A stretch of 64,000 nucleotides of DNA from an uncultured Gammaproteobacteria bacterium (GCA_964500975.1 CAZCQW010000004.1:9816-73815); one strand, 5' to 3'; numbered from the stretch's first letter, positions 18,021 through 27,637 are shown. Notes: generated from the letters alone by a model not told the origin. Numbers and translations are program-made.

Positions 18021-18596
18021 ATGAATAAAAAAATTATTATTTGGTTATCAGTTTTAGGGGTTGTTGTTTTATTGATCGGCTGGTTTTGGAGCTCCTATAA
18101 TAAGCTCGTAACCGTTAGTGAACAAGTTGATGGCCAATGGGCTCAAGTAGAGGTTCAATATCAAAGACGTTTTGATTTAATACCTAATCTTGTTAATTCT
18201 GTTCAAGGTGCTATGGGTCAAGAACAAAAGATTTTTGGTGATTTAGCTGCTGCTCGTCAAAACTATAGCGGAGCTAATACTGCTAACGCTAAGGTTGAAG
18301 CCGCTTCTCAAGTTGAAGGCGCTTTAAGCCGTTTGCTTGTTATTATGGAGAATTATCCTCAACTGAAGTCTATGGACGCGGTTAATACTTTAATGGCTCA
18401 GCTTGAAGGAACAGAAAATAGAGTAAGTGTTGAACGTGGTCGTTTTAACGAAGAAGTTAAGGGGTACAATCTTTTAACAAAACGTTTTCCAATGAGTTTA
18501 ATGGCTTCAATGTTTAATTTCTCTGAAAAGTCATATTTTGAAGTTGCGCCAGTTGCCGCTGAAGCTCCAAAAGTTGATTTCCAAGTTACTAAATAA
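18021..18596 (+). CDS. lemA: LemA family protein.
   Basis: N-terminal TM helix and conserved LemA core, ...QVEVQYQRRFDLIPNLV... Confidence 0.85.
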   Translation: MNKKIIIWLSVLGVVVLLIGWFWSSYNKLVTVSEQVDGQWAQVEVQYQRRFDLIPNLVNSVQGAMGQEQKIFGDLAAARQNYSGANTANAKVEAASQVEGALSRLLVIMENYPQLKSMDAVNTLMAQLEGTENRVSVERGRFNEEVKGYNLLTKRFPMSLMASMFNFSEKSYFEVAPVAAEAPKVDFQVTK

Positions 18597-18598
18597 TC

Positions 18599-19528
18599 TT
18601 GGCCTCTCAAACTAAAAAAAATATCATGCGAAAAATTTTCTTATATATATTTACTTTTTGCATACTCATATCGGTCGGATTTTCTGCTCGGGCTTATTCT
18701 AGTCCTGGAAAACCGACCGGTTTTGTTAATGATTATGCTAGTATTTTAAGTTCAAGTGAAAAAGCAGATTTAGAAAATAAACTAACCCAGTTTAGCAAAG
18801 AAACCAGTAATGAAATAACGGTGGTTACTATTAAAAGTTTAGATGGCGACTATATTGAAAATTATGCGGTTAAATTATTTGAAGATTGGAAAATTGGTAA
18901 GGATAAAAAAGATAACGGCGTTTTGCTTTTAGTTTCATTGGACGATAGAAAAATGCGTATTGAAGTTGGGTATGGTTTAGAAGGCGCGCTACCTGACGCG
19001 ACTGCTTATCAAATTGTAAACAATACTTTGAAACCTGCTTTTCAGAAGAGTGAGTATTATAGAGGAATTAATGAGGGGATTGATAAAATAATTTCCGCCA
19101 CTCATGGTGAGTATACTGCCGACCCAGAGCCAGTTGCTAAAAAGGGTTGGAATTTAAGTTTTGAGGCTTGGATATTTTTATTAATTGTTTTCTTTAATTT
19201 GATTATTTCTCTTTGGCGTTACTTGGCGAAAAGTAAACATTGGTGGGAGGGCGGAGTTTTGGGCCTAATTATCGGTCTTATAATTGCTCTTATTTTTCTT
19301 AAGACGCTAATTTATTTTATTATTTTACCACTAGTAGTTGGTGCTTTTGGTTTGCTGGCTGACTATTTAGTATCACGTGTTATTCCTCAACCAAAAAACA
19401 CCAAAGGATCTAACGATATCTGGTTTTTTGGCAGTGGGGGGTTTGGCGGAGGAAATTCAGGTGGAAGTGGTTTTGGTGGTTTTGGTGGTGGCGGATCAGG
19501 TGGTGGCGGTAGTAGCGGAAGCTGGTAA
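18599..19528 (+). CDS. TPM-domain (YgcG-like) protein with a C-terminal TM region and a Gly-rich tail.
   Basis: TPM domain after a signal peptide, paired with lemA in the usual way. The C-terminus reads GGFGGGNSGGSGFGGFGGGGSGGGGSSGSW. Confidence 0.7.
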   Translation: MASQTKKNIMRKIFLYIFTFCILISVGFSARAYSSPGKPTGFVNDYASILSSSEKADLENKLTQFSKETSNEITVVTIKSLDGDYIENYAVKLFEDWKIGKDKKDNGVLLLVSLDDRKMRIEVGYGLEGALPDATAYQIVNNTLKPAFQKSEYYRGINEGIDKIISATHGEYTADPEPVAKKGWNLSFEAWIFLLIVFFNLIISLWRYLAKSKHWWEGGVLGLIIGLIIALIFLKTLIYFIILPLVVGAFGLLADYLVSRVIPQPKNTKGSNDIWFFGSGGFGGGNSGGSGFGGFGGGGSGGGGSSGSW

Positions 19529-19545
19529 AAAAATATTTGTAGTTT

Positions 19546-20007
19546 ATGTTGGATATTACTTTAGTTACAATCGGAAAGGCAAAAGATAAATCATATTTAA
19601 GCTTGATTTCTGATTATCAAAAACGTTCTAAACCATACTTAAAGCTGAAAATAGTTGAGCTTGAGAGTTTATCTTTTTCTGAAAAGACTAAGGATAAAGC
19701 TAAAGAGTTTGAAGCAGAAAGAATTCTTAATTATTTAGATAAGCAGAAAGATAATGCCGCTGTTTACTTATTAGCCGAACGTGGTGAAATTTATGACTCA
19801 ATTAATTTTGCTAATTGGTTAAATAAAAAATCTCCTTTAATTTTAGTGCTCGGTGGTTCTTTGGGGTTTAGTGATACTTTATACAATATCTACCCAAGCC
19901 TATCTTTATCACCCCTAACTTTTCCTCATGAGCTAGCCAGGGTTGTTGTAATGGAGCAGCTATATAGAGCGGCTACTATCTTACAAAAAAAGAATTATCA
20001 TTATTAA
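19546..20007 (+). CDS. rlmH: 23S rRNA (pseudouridine1915-N3)-methyltransferase RlmH, a SPOUT-fold enzyme.
   Basis: 153 aa with SPOUT MTase architecture, ...LILVLGGSLGFSD... Confidence 0.75.
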   Translation: MLDITLVTIGKAKDKSYLSLISDYQKRSKPYLKLKIVELESLSFSEKTKDKAKEFEAERILNYLDKQKDNAAVYLLAERGEIYDSINFANWLNKKSPLILVLGGSLGFSDTLYNIYPSLSLSPLTFPHELARVVVMEQLYRAATILQKKNYHY

Positions 20008-20011
20008 TAAT

Positions 20012-20725
20012 ATGATTAATTTAACAAGTATTATAAAGGAATTAAAAAACGCCCAGAATAAGCCTCAGGCCTCTAATTTACAGCGCTTTTTTAAGACCGC
20101 CAAAGGTCAATATGGTTATGGCGATGTTTTTTTAGGAATTAAAGTACCGGTGACGCGTAAGATTGCTAAAAAATATACTAATTTGGAATTGAGTGATGTA
20201 TCGGTTTTATTAAAAAATAAAATACATGAATTTCGTTTAGCGGCATTACTCATTTTAGTAGAAAAGTATCAAAAGTCTAAAGACAGAAAAACTCAAGAAA
20301 AAATTGTTAAATTTTATTTGAAACACACCCCTTACATAAATAATTGGGATTTAGTTGATTTATCTGTTTATAAAATTTTGGGCGCTTATTTAATCCTAGA
20401 AGAGAAGAGAATGGAGGTTTTAGAAAAACTCGTTAAATCAAAAAATCTTTGGGAACGACGGATGGCGATGATTGCTACTTTTGCATTCATCCAAAAAGGA
20501 AGAGCGGAAGAAACAATATATTTAGCCAAGAAATTATTAAAAGATGAGCACGATTTAATGCATAAAGCAGTCGGTTGGATGCTAAGAGAAGTTGGTAAGC
20601 GAGTAAATAGAAAAACATTAACCGATTTTCTTGATGAACATGTTAAAAATATGCCTCGAACCGCTTTACGCTACGCCATTGAACATTTAGAACCCAAACA
20701 TAGAGAATCTTATTTAAAGAGGTAA
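20012..20725 (+). CDS. DNA alkylation repair protein, an AlkC/AlkD-like HEAT-repeat glycosylase.
   Basis: HEAT-like repeat architecture, with NNWDLVD and WMLREVGKR motifs typical of AlkD-family proteins. Confidence 0.65.
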   Translation: MINLTSIIKELKNAQNKPQASNLQRFFKTAKGQYGYGDVFLGIKVPVTRKIAKKYTNLELSDVSVLLKNKIHEFRLAALLILVEKYQKSKDRKTQEKIVKFYLKHTPYINNWDLVDLSVYKILGAYLILEEKRMEVLEKLVKSKNLWERRMAMIATFAFIQKGRAEETIYLAKKLLKDEHDLMHKAVGWMLREVGKRVNRKTLTDFLDEHVKNMPRTALRYAIEHLEPKHRESYLKR

Positions 20726-20755
20726 ATTTGCTCATAATTTGAGCTTAATAATCAT

Positions 20756-21172
20756 ATGAATAAATACGAATCTGGTGGAGCTTTTTCCAAAGACAATCGA
20801 GCGGCAAAGTTAGAATTCGATAAGCTTTATAATGAGTTTAGGGAAATTGTTTTAAATAATAAGGATTATGCTCTTGGTAAGGCTCGCGATATTCTTGATG
20901 CGATGGACGAGAAAGATGCTAGAAAAATATTCGAAATGTTTAATTATCAAGAAGGGGCGCTGCCAGACAATTTAGCGGCTGAATATGTTAAATTAATATA
21001 TTCACCTGAAAGCCTTAAAACAAAAATGGCTCTAGGCAAAACATTTTATGAGGCTCTATCGGTAATTGCGTGGGAGATAAAAAATGCACATATAGAACTC
21101 AACCAAGATTTAATTGATGCTCAGGTTAAGATGAGCGCCAAAGAGTTGGACGCAGAGAAGCAAGAAGAATAA
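20756..21172 (+). CDS. Hypothetical protein, 138 aa.
   Basis: Intact ORF in the co-directional gene array; no recognisable motifs. Confidence 0.4.
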   Translation: MNKYESGGAFSKDNRAAKLEFDKLYNEFREIVLNNKDYALGKARDILDAMDEKDARKIFEMFNYQEGALPDNLAAEYVKLIYSPESLKTKMALGKTFYEALSVIAWEIKNAHIELNQDLIDAQVKMSAKELDAEKQEE

Positions 21173-21271
21173 TAAGCGGTGGATAAATGGCCTGTTTTTT
21201 GACTGTTAAATGCTGGTCTTTTTAAAAAAAGTGTTATAATAAAAATAATAATAATTAATTAGAAAAAATAT

Positions 21272-22021
21272 ATGTTAGAGTGGAAATCACCAAAAGTTTT
21301 TATCATAATTCTTGCTATGATTCTTTTTTCAGGAATCGTTGGATTATCTATTGTTCGCGATAGACTTGTTAATCAACAATTTAAAACAGTAACCGTTAAT
21401 GGTCAGGGCAAGGTTTTATACGTTCCTGATTTAGCTATTGTTACCCTAGGTGTTCAAATCGATAAAGTCGCTAAGCCGGAAGAAGCTTTGGGTCAATTAA
21501 ATGGCAAGGTGACTGGAATTGTTAAGGTTTTAAAAGATCTTGGAATTCCTGAATCAGATATTCAGACTCAAAATTATTCACTTCTACCTCAATACGATAT
21601 CAATAAGGATGGCGTGTCGGCTGTTTCTGGCTATAATGCTAATCAACAGTTGGTTGTAAAGATTGTTGACTACGATAAAGATCCTGGTAAATTAGGTTCT
21701 GTTATCGCTTCGGCTTCTAAGGCTGGTGCAAATCAAATTAATAGTTTAAATTTTGATTCTTCAAAAATCAACGACTTAAAACAGCAAGCTAGAGTTTTAG
21801 CAATAAGCGATGCTAAAAATAAAAGTAACGCACTAGCAAGTTCTGCTGGAGTTGAATTGAAAGAGATTACGGGGTGGTATGAGAATCTTATTAGTCCAGT
21901 TCCTTACTATGGCGCCTATAATCAGGGCGGTATGGGTGGCGGTCAAATGTCTATTCCTGGCGTTCCAATTAGTAATCGTGAGGTAGTAATAGAGATAGGC
22001 GTAACATATAATATTAAATAA
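21272..22021 (+). CDS. SIMPL-domain (DUF541) protein, a paralog of 12878..13615.
   Basis: N-terminal TM anchor, and the core ...VTVNGQGKVLYVPDLAIVTLGV.... Confidence 0.7.
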   Translation: MLEWKSPKVFIIILAMILFSGIVGLSIVRDRLVNQQFKTVTVNGQGKVLYVPDLAIVTLGVQIDKVAKPEEALGQLNGKVTGIVKVLKDLGIPESDIQTQNYSLLPQYDINKDGVSAVSGYNANQQLVVKIVDYDKDPGKLGSVIASASKAGANQINSLNFDSSKINDLKQQARVLAISDAKNKSNALASSAGVELKEITGWYENLISPVPYYGAYNQGGMGGGQMSIPGVPISNREVVIEIGVTYNIK

Positions 22022-22026
22022 ATACT

Positions 22027-24495
22027 ATGAATGGGAATGGAAATTCTGATATTAGCCGTAATCCCTTAGTTGGCAAAACGGTTTTAATAGTTAATAGTAC
22101 TGGCGCGAGTGATCCACTGCACTCAAAAAAGCTCTTTATTAAAAAAGTGAAGAATTTGGGAGTGAAAATAATTATTTTAAGTAAGGAGGCGAGTAGTTTT
22201 CAGCCTTATGTTGATTATTCCGTTTCAGCTGACACCGCTAACTATCCCGAGGCGATGGGTGCGCTTGATAAGTTTTTGAGCAATAATCCCGGAATTAAGA
22301 TGTCGGGTGTAATTACTTTTTTAGAAGACGATGTTCTCCTTACCGCTAAAATAGCTGATAAATATCATTTAATTAATACTCCATATAAAGTCGCGGCTCA
22401 GATTAGAAATAAATTTTCTTTTCGTGAATTTTGTGCGGCCAATAACTTGCCAACTCTTAAGTTTAGAGCTTTAAAAAACCCTAAAGATTTAGAAGAAGTA
22501 GTTAAACTATTTAATTTCCCCTTAGTTGTTAAACCGGCCTATGGTGCGGCTAGTGCTTTTGTAGTTAAAGTAAATAACGAAGAAGAGCTTAGAGAAAGCT
22601 ATGATTATATTAAGAAGAATATTTCACCTAAAGTTGAATCCGCCCTTGCTGATGGATTAGAAGTTTTTGTTGAAGAATATATTGATGGTGATGAGGTTGA
22701 TTTAGATATCTTAGTTCAAAATGGAAAGATTAAATTTTGTGCAATTAGTGATAACGGTAAAACCAAAGAGCCTTTCTTTATTGAAACGACACGCATGACC
22801 CCGTCTAGTTTGCCGGAAAAGCATCAAGCTGCTTTAAGCGTTATGGCTGATGAAACTTTAGAGAAATTAGGTGTTTTAAATGGTTGTATTCACTTTGAAG
22901 CTAAGTTAGCAGCAAATGGTCCTATCCCTCTAGAGATTAATTTACGTCTGGGTGGGGATGAAGTTTATCCTAGCGTGAAAGCTGCTTGGCATGTTGATTT
23001 AGTTGAGAACATGGTTAAAATCGCCTGCGGAGTCTATATTCCTAAATTTGAATTTCCCGCTGGTCCTTATGAATACTTAGCAGCTGAAACATTCTCCTCT
23101 GATTATTCCGGTATTATTGTTAATCTTGATATTGATGAAGATTTAAAACGTCGCCCTTTTGTTAAAGAGTTTGAGTTTGAAAAGAAAATTGGTGACTCAG
23201 TTTTATGTCCACCAGATGGTTATGAGTATTTAGGCTGGGTATTAGTATCGGGAAATAATCCCCTTGATGCTCAGGACAATTTACGTGAAGCGGAAAAAGC
23301 AATTTATTACGAAGTGGCTAAATTTCATCCCGCTTCTTCAATTGGTAAAACAACTCGTCGTTCTCCATTTTCAGCTTCGGCAATTAATGTTGATATTTTA
23401 AAACGGCGTTCAAAGATTGAAAAAATTCGTCAAATGGCAATTTCTAACCAAAGAAATTTACATGTTGGTATTGCTTGTAATATGTACGAAGAATCGGGCG
23501 ATGATCAAGAAACGGTGGTTGAAAAGGATTTAACCGTTATTGGGGTTGATATTGAGAAAACTTTACGTGAACGCGGGTATAAAGTTAGCTTTTTTGATTT
23601 TAATGATGTTAGTAAAGCTTTTAATGATTTAAAAAATAGTGACGTTGATTTAGTTTTTAATGTTTGTGAACGTATTAATAACTCAAGTTTATTAGAGCCT
23701 CATGTCGCCTCTATTTTAGATACCTTACAGATTCCGTATACCGGCTCTAACCCTTTTACGCTTGGTTTATGCATTGATAAGATTCGGGTTAAAAAATTAT
23801 TAAGTTATCATAAAATACCGACCCCGGAATGGGATTATGTTTATTCTTTAGACGACGATATTCGCGATGATTTAAAATATCCTTTAATTGTTAAGCCAGC
23901 TAACACGGATAATTCTATTGGTATCACTAATGATTCTGTTGTTAGAAATAAAGAGGAATTGAATCGTCAATTAGAAGTAGTTTTAAAACAAATTGGTCGC
24001 CCAGCTTTAATTGAAGAATATATTGATGGTGATGAGTATGATGTGCCAATTATTGGTTCCGAAGAAGATGATTTACGTATTTTGCCACTCGCTCGTTCAA
24101 CTTTTGATAATTTACCGTCTAATTTGTGGCATATTTATCCTTTTGAGGCTAAATATACTGATGGCGGTGAATATAATAAAATTGTTGTTCAACGTCCGCC
24201 AAAAAATATTGGTAAAAAATTAGAACAACTTTTGGGAGAAATTGCGCTTGATACCTATAATATTTTAGATTGTCATGATTACGGTCGTATTGAAATTAGA
24301 GTAGATAAAAATAATAATCCTTACGTTTTAGAATTAAACCCGAATCCATCTCTTGATGCCGAGGGAACTTTTTCTGCTTCTGCTGAAGTTATCGGTATGG
24401 ATTACGGCGATTTCTTAGAAGAAATTATTCGCTTAGCAATTAAGCGTTATAAAGATAATCCTCCTTATTACCATCTCCAAGCTAACGTAATGTAA
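22027..24495 (+). CDS. Tandem ATP-grasp ligase, 822 aa. The N-terminal module is a carboxylate-amine ligase type, and the C-terminal module resembles D-Ala-D-Ala ligase.
   Basis: Two complete ATP-grasp signatures: FPLVVKPAYGAASAFVVKV...EEYIDGDEVDLDIL in the first, and YPLIVKPANTDNSIGITND...EEYIDGDEYDVPIIG...LELNPNPSL in the second. A 4-nt gap separates it from the next gene, implying an operon. Confidence 0.65.
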   Translation: MNGNGNSDISRNPLVGKTVLIVNSTGASDPLHSKKLFIKKVKNLGVKIIILSKEASSFQPYVDYSVSADTANYPEAMGALDKFLSNNPGIKMSGVITFLEDDVLLTAKIADKYHLINTPYKVAAQIRNKFSFREFCAANNLPTLKFRALKNPKDLEEVVKLFNFPLVVKPAYGAASAFVVKVNNEEELRESYDYIKKNISPKVESALADGLEVFVEEYIDGDEVDLDILVQNGKIKFCAISDNGKTKEPFFIETTRMTPSSLPEKHQAALSVMADETLEKLGVLNGCIHFEAKLAANGPIPLEINLRLGGDEVYPSVKAAWHVDLVENMVKIACGVYIPKFEFPAGPYEYLAAETFSSDYSGIIVNLDIDEDLKRRPFVKEFEFEKKIGDSVLCPPDGYEYLGWVLVSGNNPLDAQDNLREAEKAIYYEVAKFHPASSIGKTTRRSPFSASAINVDILKRRSKIEKIRQMAISNQRNLHVGIACNMYEESGDDQETVVEKDLTVIGVDIEKTLRERGYKVSFFDFNDVSKAFNDLKNSDVDLVFNVCERINNSSLLEPHVASILDTLQIPYTGSNPFTLGLCIDKIRVKKLLSYHKIPTPEWDYVYSLDDDIRDDLKYPLIVKPANTDNSIGITNDSVVRNKEELNRQLEVVLKQIGRPALIEEYIDGDEYDVPIIGSEEDDLRILPLARSTFDNLPSNLWHIYPFEAKYTDGGEYNKIVVQRPPKNIGKKLEQLLGEIALDTYNILDCHDYGRIEIRVDKNNNPYVLELNPNPSLDAEGTFSASAEVIGMDYGDFLEEIIRLAIKRYKDNPPYYHLQANVM

Positions 24496-24498
24496 TTT

Positions 24499-25395
24499 AT
24501 GTTAAGTATTAGAGAGGTAAATGACTTAAAAAACGCCGAGAGTTTATGGCGTGCCTTGTCGCCAAGCAAAACCATTTTTGACGAATGGGATTTTCGTTAT
24601 TGTTTTTATAAATATGCACCACTACCACTAAAGTTTTTAGCCGCTTATGAGGGCGAAGAGTTGGTTGGTTTAATGCCACTACAGATTCATCCTAAACACG
24701 GCTTTGAATTTTTTGCCGAAGATCCTTGTGAAGAAAATCGGCCATTTATTAAAGATGGTTATGAGAAAATTATTCCCGATTTATATAAATCGATAACTGG
24801 GCCAGGGAAGGCTTATGATATTACCGGCGACGATGAGTTTACCACTAAGTTTGATTTAGAAGATTATAAGTATGTTTTACCTTTAAAAGATATAAAAAAA
24901 TTTGTCGATTTTCTTGAATCAAGATTAGATTCAAAAAGACGTCGAAGTTTGGCTAGGGAAATAGCTGTGGTTGAAGCTTATGGAGTTAAAGTTGAAATTG
25001 TTGTGCGTGAAGATTATTTAGATGTCCTTGAGTTACTATTCGGTTTTAATACTGGTAATTTTAAAGAAGAATCGTATTTATTGGAAAACGACAGAGCGCC
25101 GTGGCGAGATTTAATGTCTTTAGATTATTCTTGGCGAGTTATAGCCTTAAAAATAAAAGGTAAAATACAGGCGGTTTCTTTAAGTGTTTTGTATAATAAT
25201 GAATGGCATTATTTAATTACAGGTACGAGTTTTAAAGATTTTCCAGGTTTAGGGAAGTTGCTAGTTAAAATTAATATAGAACATGCAATTGAAAGTAAGG
25301 CTGAATTTTTTGACGCGGGTCTCGGTGATTGTGGCTGGAAACATCTTTGGCATTTTGATAAAATATCACAATACTTATTTATTAAAGAAGAATAA
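24499..25395 (+). CDS. GNAT-fold protein of the FemAB/BioF2-like acetyltransferase type (Acetyltransf_6-like).
   Basis: 298 aa. Fold assignment is by pattern only and is weak. It is co-operonic with the ATP-grasp and SET genes. Confidence 0.35.
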   Translation: MLSIREVNDLKNAESLWRALSPSKTIFDEWDFRYCFYKYAPLPLKFLAAYEGEELVGLMPLQIHPKHGFEFFAEDPCEENRPFIKDGYEKIIPDLYKSITGPGKAYDITGDDEFTTKFDLEDYKYVLPLKDIKKFVDFLESRLDSKRRRSLAREIAVVEAYGVKVEIVVREDYLDVLELLFGFNTGNFKEESYLLENDRAPWRDLMSLDYSWRVIALKIKGKIQAVSLSVLYNNEWHYLITGTSFKDFPGLGKLLVKINIEHAIESKAEFFDAGLGDCGWKHLWHFDKISQYLFIKEE

Positions 25396-25404
25396 ATTAA
25401 TCTT

Positions 25405-26148
25405 ATGTTTTTATTATCTCCTGATTATTACCAAATTAAATCCGTTCATAAAAAAGGCCGTGGCGTCTTTGCGAAAAAAGAAATTCCGGCCGGAACTATT
25501 CTTGGTGATTACGTTGGCCTTCTTGTTAAAGATGAAAAAATTGATGCTTTAGAAAAGAAGTATGGCGCATGTTATGCAATGGATTATTGTGATAATGGTT
25601 TATCAATTTTACCAGTTGATATTAAAGCGACTGGTATTCATTTAATTAATCATTCTTGTGCGCCTAATAGTGATACATATTATTACTTTGGTCATACATT
25701 ATTTTTTACTCTGCGTAAGATTTTAGTAGGCGAAGAAATTACCATTGATTATGGTTTTGATCCTGATAATGAGGGGCAAAGAGATTTGCTTCATACTTGT
25801 TTTTGTGGATCATTACTTTGTCGCGGCACAATGTATACAAGCGACGAACGTCTAAGACGTTATGGAAAATTCTGTCGCGCCCAAACCAAGAATCAAAAAT
25901 TTAAAATTTTAAGTGCTGGAGAAATTTTACCACCGCTTGAAAAATATCCTAAAGAAATAAAAGATAATAAGGTGTTTAATTTATTTGCAAATAATCATGT
26001 CGCTCCAGTCATTTTAGATGATAAAAAAATTTCTAGCGTCATAGAACTCCGAAAGAAAATCAGAGAAACGGGGAAGGCTTTAAAGTTTATAAATATAGGA
26101 TTAAAAGTTATTGCAATTGACGACGGTAGAATAATTGCCGATAAATAG
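25405..26148 (+). CDS. SET-domain protein, a putative protein-lysine N-methyltransferase.
   Basis: SET signature motifs: GRGVFAKKEIPAGTILGDYVG, NHSCAPN, EEITIDYG, and a post-SET Cys cluster CFCGSLLCRG. Confidence 0.75.
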   Translation: MFLLSPDYYQIKSVHKKGRGVFAKKEIPAGTILGDYVGLLVKDEKIDALEKKYGACYAMDYCDNGLSILPVDIKATGIHLINHSCAPNSDTYYYFGHTLFFTLRKILVGEEITIDYGFDPDNEGQRDLLHTCFCGSLLCRGTMYTSDERLRRYGKFCRAQTKNQKFKILSAGEILPPLEKYPKEIKDNKVFNLFANNHVAPVILDDKKISSVIELRKKIRETGKALKFINIGLKVIAIDDGRIIADK

Positions 26149-26382
26149 TTGCCCTGTGCAAAAAACCCCTTGTATTATTGGCATTATATTTTAGGTGTGC
26201 TATAATATCCTTATAAACATTGAAGTTTAAAAAACGACCTGTTGAAAACCCCGATAAATACAGCTTGAATTTCAACGGTCCATTAAGAAATTGTTAATTA
26301 ATTTTAATAACAATCATTTATAAATGGACACCTAGTATTAATTTCTTTATGAGATTATTGCTGGGAGCCCCATGCAAAAATT

Positions 26383-26664
26383 ATGTCAAAAATGACTAAA
26401 TCACAAATGATTGCTAATTTATCCGAAGCAACTGGTCTAAGCAAAAAAGACACAGCTGGATTCATGGAAAAGTTAGCAGACGTAGTTTACAAAGAAGTTA
26501 AAAAAGCTGGTGAATGTATCGTTCCTGGTTTTGGTAAATTAGTAAAGGTTAAGAGAAAGGCACGTGAAGGCAGAAATCCTGCAACAGGTGCAACTATCAA
26601 GATCCCAGCTAAGACGGTTGTAAAATTCCGTCTAGCCAAAGCTGTAAAAGATACAGTTCTATAG
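26383..26664 (+). CDS. hup: HU/IHF-family nucleoid-associated DNA-binding protein.
   Basis: 93 aa. Signature motifs GFGKLVKVKRKAREGRNPATG and IPAKTVVKFR. Confidence 0.9.
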   Translation: MSKMTKSQMIANLSEATGLSKKDTAGFMEKLADVVYKEVKKAGECIVPGFGKLVKVKRKAREGRNPATGATIKIPAKTVVKFRLAKAVKDTVL

Positions 26665-26702
26665 TATTTTGAATAGTTCGAAATTAGTTTCTCAAATATA
26701 AA

Positions 26703-26734
26703 GGCCATCCCGTCGGAATCCGGGATGGTTTTTT
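26703..26734 (+). terminator. Rho-independent terminator after hup.
   Basis: ccatcccg-tcggaat-cgggatgg hairpin followed by a T6 run. Confidence 0.8.
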
Positions 26735-26801
26735 ATTTACTTGACTCTAGGGTTATCTTTTGTTAAACTAAAGATAACCCTAAATATTAAATAATATACA
26801 T

Positions 26802-27026
26802 ATGGAAAACATAATTGCCTTGAAGGAGTTAAGACTTAATATGGAAAAATACGCCAATGAAGTTAAGAGTGGAAAGTCATTTATCGTTCTAAAACAGAGT
26901 AAGCCTATTTTTAAGTTAAGTCCGGTTGAAGAATCTGGTGAAGACGAGCGTTGGGAAGAGGTAGTAAACTTCACCAAGATTAAAAAAGGTGGAGTTGATA
27001 TTGATTCCTTATTGGCTTCTTTGTAA
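26802..27026 (+). CDS. Type II antitoxin of the Phd/YefM family.
   Basis: 74 aa. Motif ...KSFIVLKQSKPIFKLSPVEE..., and the stop lies 8 nt before the start of the toxin gene. Confidence 0.55.
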   Translation: MENIIALKELRLNMEKYANEVKSGKSFIVLKQSKPIFKLSPVEESGEDERWEEVVNFTKIKKGGVDIDSLLASL

Positions 27027-27034
27027 TTTTTGAT

Positions 27035-27280
27035 ATGGACAAAATTGCCAAGGCCTTACAAAGTCTATCAAGCAAAGAACGTGAACTTATTAAAACTATT
27101 CTTCTGAAAATAAAGAGTGGGTTTTTAGACGGACTTGATGTTAAAAAATTAAAAAACTGTGAAGATATATATAGGGCTAGAAAGGGAAAGTTGAGGATTA
27201 TTTTTAAGCGAACTGATGATAAAAATATTTATATCTTAGCGATTGAACGACGATCGGATAATACATACGGTAAATATTAA
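27035..27280 (+). CDS. Type II toxin of the RelE/ParE family.
   Basis: 81 aa. Motif DVKKLKNCEDIYRARKGKLRIIFKRTDDKNIYILAIERRSDNTY, matching the RelE/ParE pattern ..KLKG...YR.R.G.YRIIy..d....I.il.i.hR...Y. Confidence 0.6.
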   Translation: MDKIAKALQSLSSKERELIKTILLKIKSGFLDGLDVKKLKNCEDIYRARKGKLRIIFKRTDDKNIYILAIERRSDNTYGKY

Positions 27281-27292
27281 AACCCACAAAAA

Positions 27293-27320
27293 AACTGACC
27301 CCCAATAGATCAGTTTTTTT
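27293..27320. terminator. Bidirectional terminator between the toxin gene and the convergent HTH gene.
   Basis: actgac-ccccaataga-tcagt hairpin followed by a T7 run. Confidence 0.5.
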
Positions 27321-27364
27321 GATTAACACTTGCTTTCCACCTAGACCTTTTATTGTCTAAATTT

Positions 27365-27637
27365 CTATTTTAAATTTTTCCACTCACTAACATATTGACC
27401 CAAGCCAAATTCAGTAAATTTATTTTTTAACTTTGTATTTTTATTTAAAAAAATTAGAAGCGAGGAGAGTTCAATTTGGTATCTATTTTTTACGATCTTG
27501 TATTTAAGGTTTGGGTCTGACTTAATTGCTCTTCTAATCGTCTTACCTTGGACACCACCTAAATCGGCCGCTTCGGATACTGAAACCCAAATCGGATATT
27601 TAACTTCATTAACTTCAAAACTAAGGCGTTTTTCCAT
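27365..27637 (-). CDS. Excisionase-family helix-turn-helix DNA-binding protein.
   Basis: Motif WVSVSEAADLGGVQGKTIRRAIKSDPNLKYKIVKNRYQIELSSL, which fits the excisionase/MerR-like HTH pattern ..s..EaA.lLGVs..TirR.ik.g.l...kiG.r..i. Confidence 0.5.
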   Translation of the reverse strand: MEKRLSFEVNEVKYPIWVSVSEAADLGGVQGKTIRRAIKSDPNLKYKIVKNRYQIELSSLLIFLNKNTKLKNKFTEFGLGQYVSEWKNLK

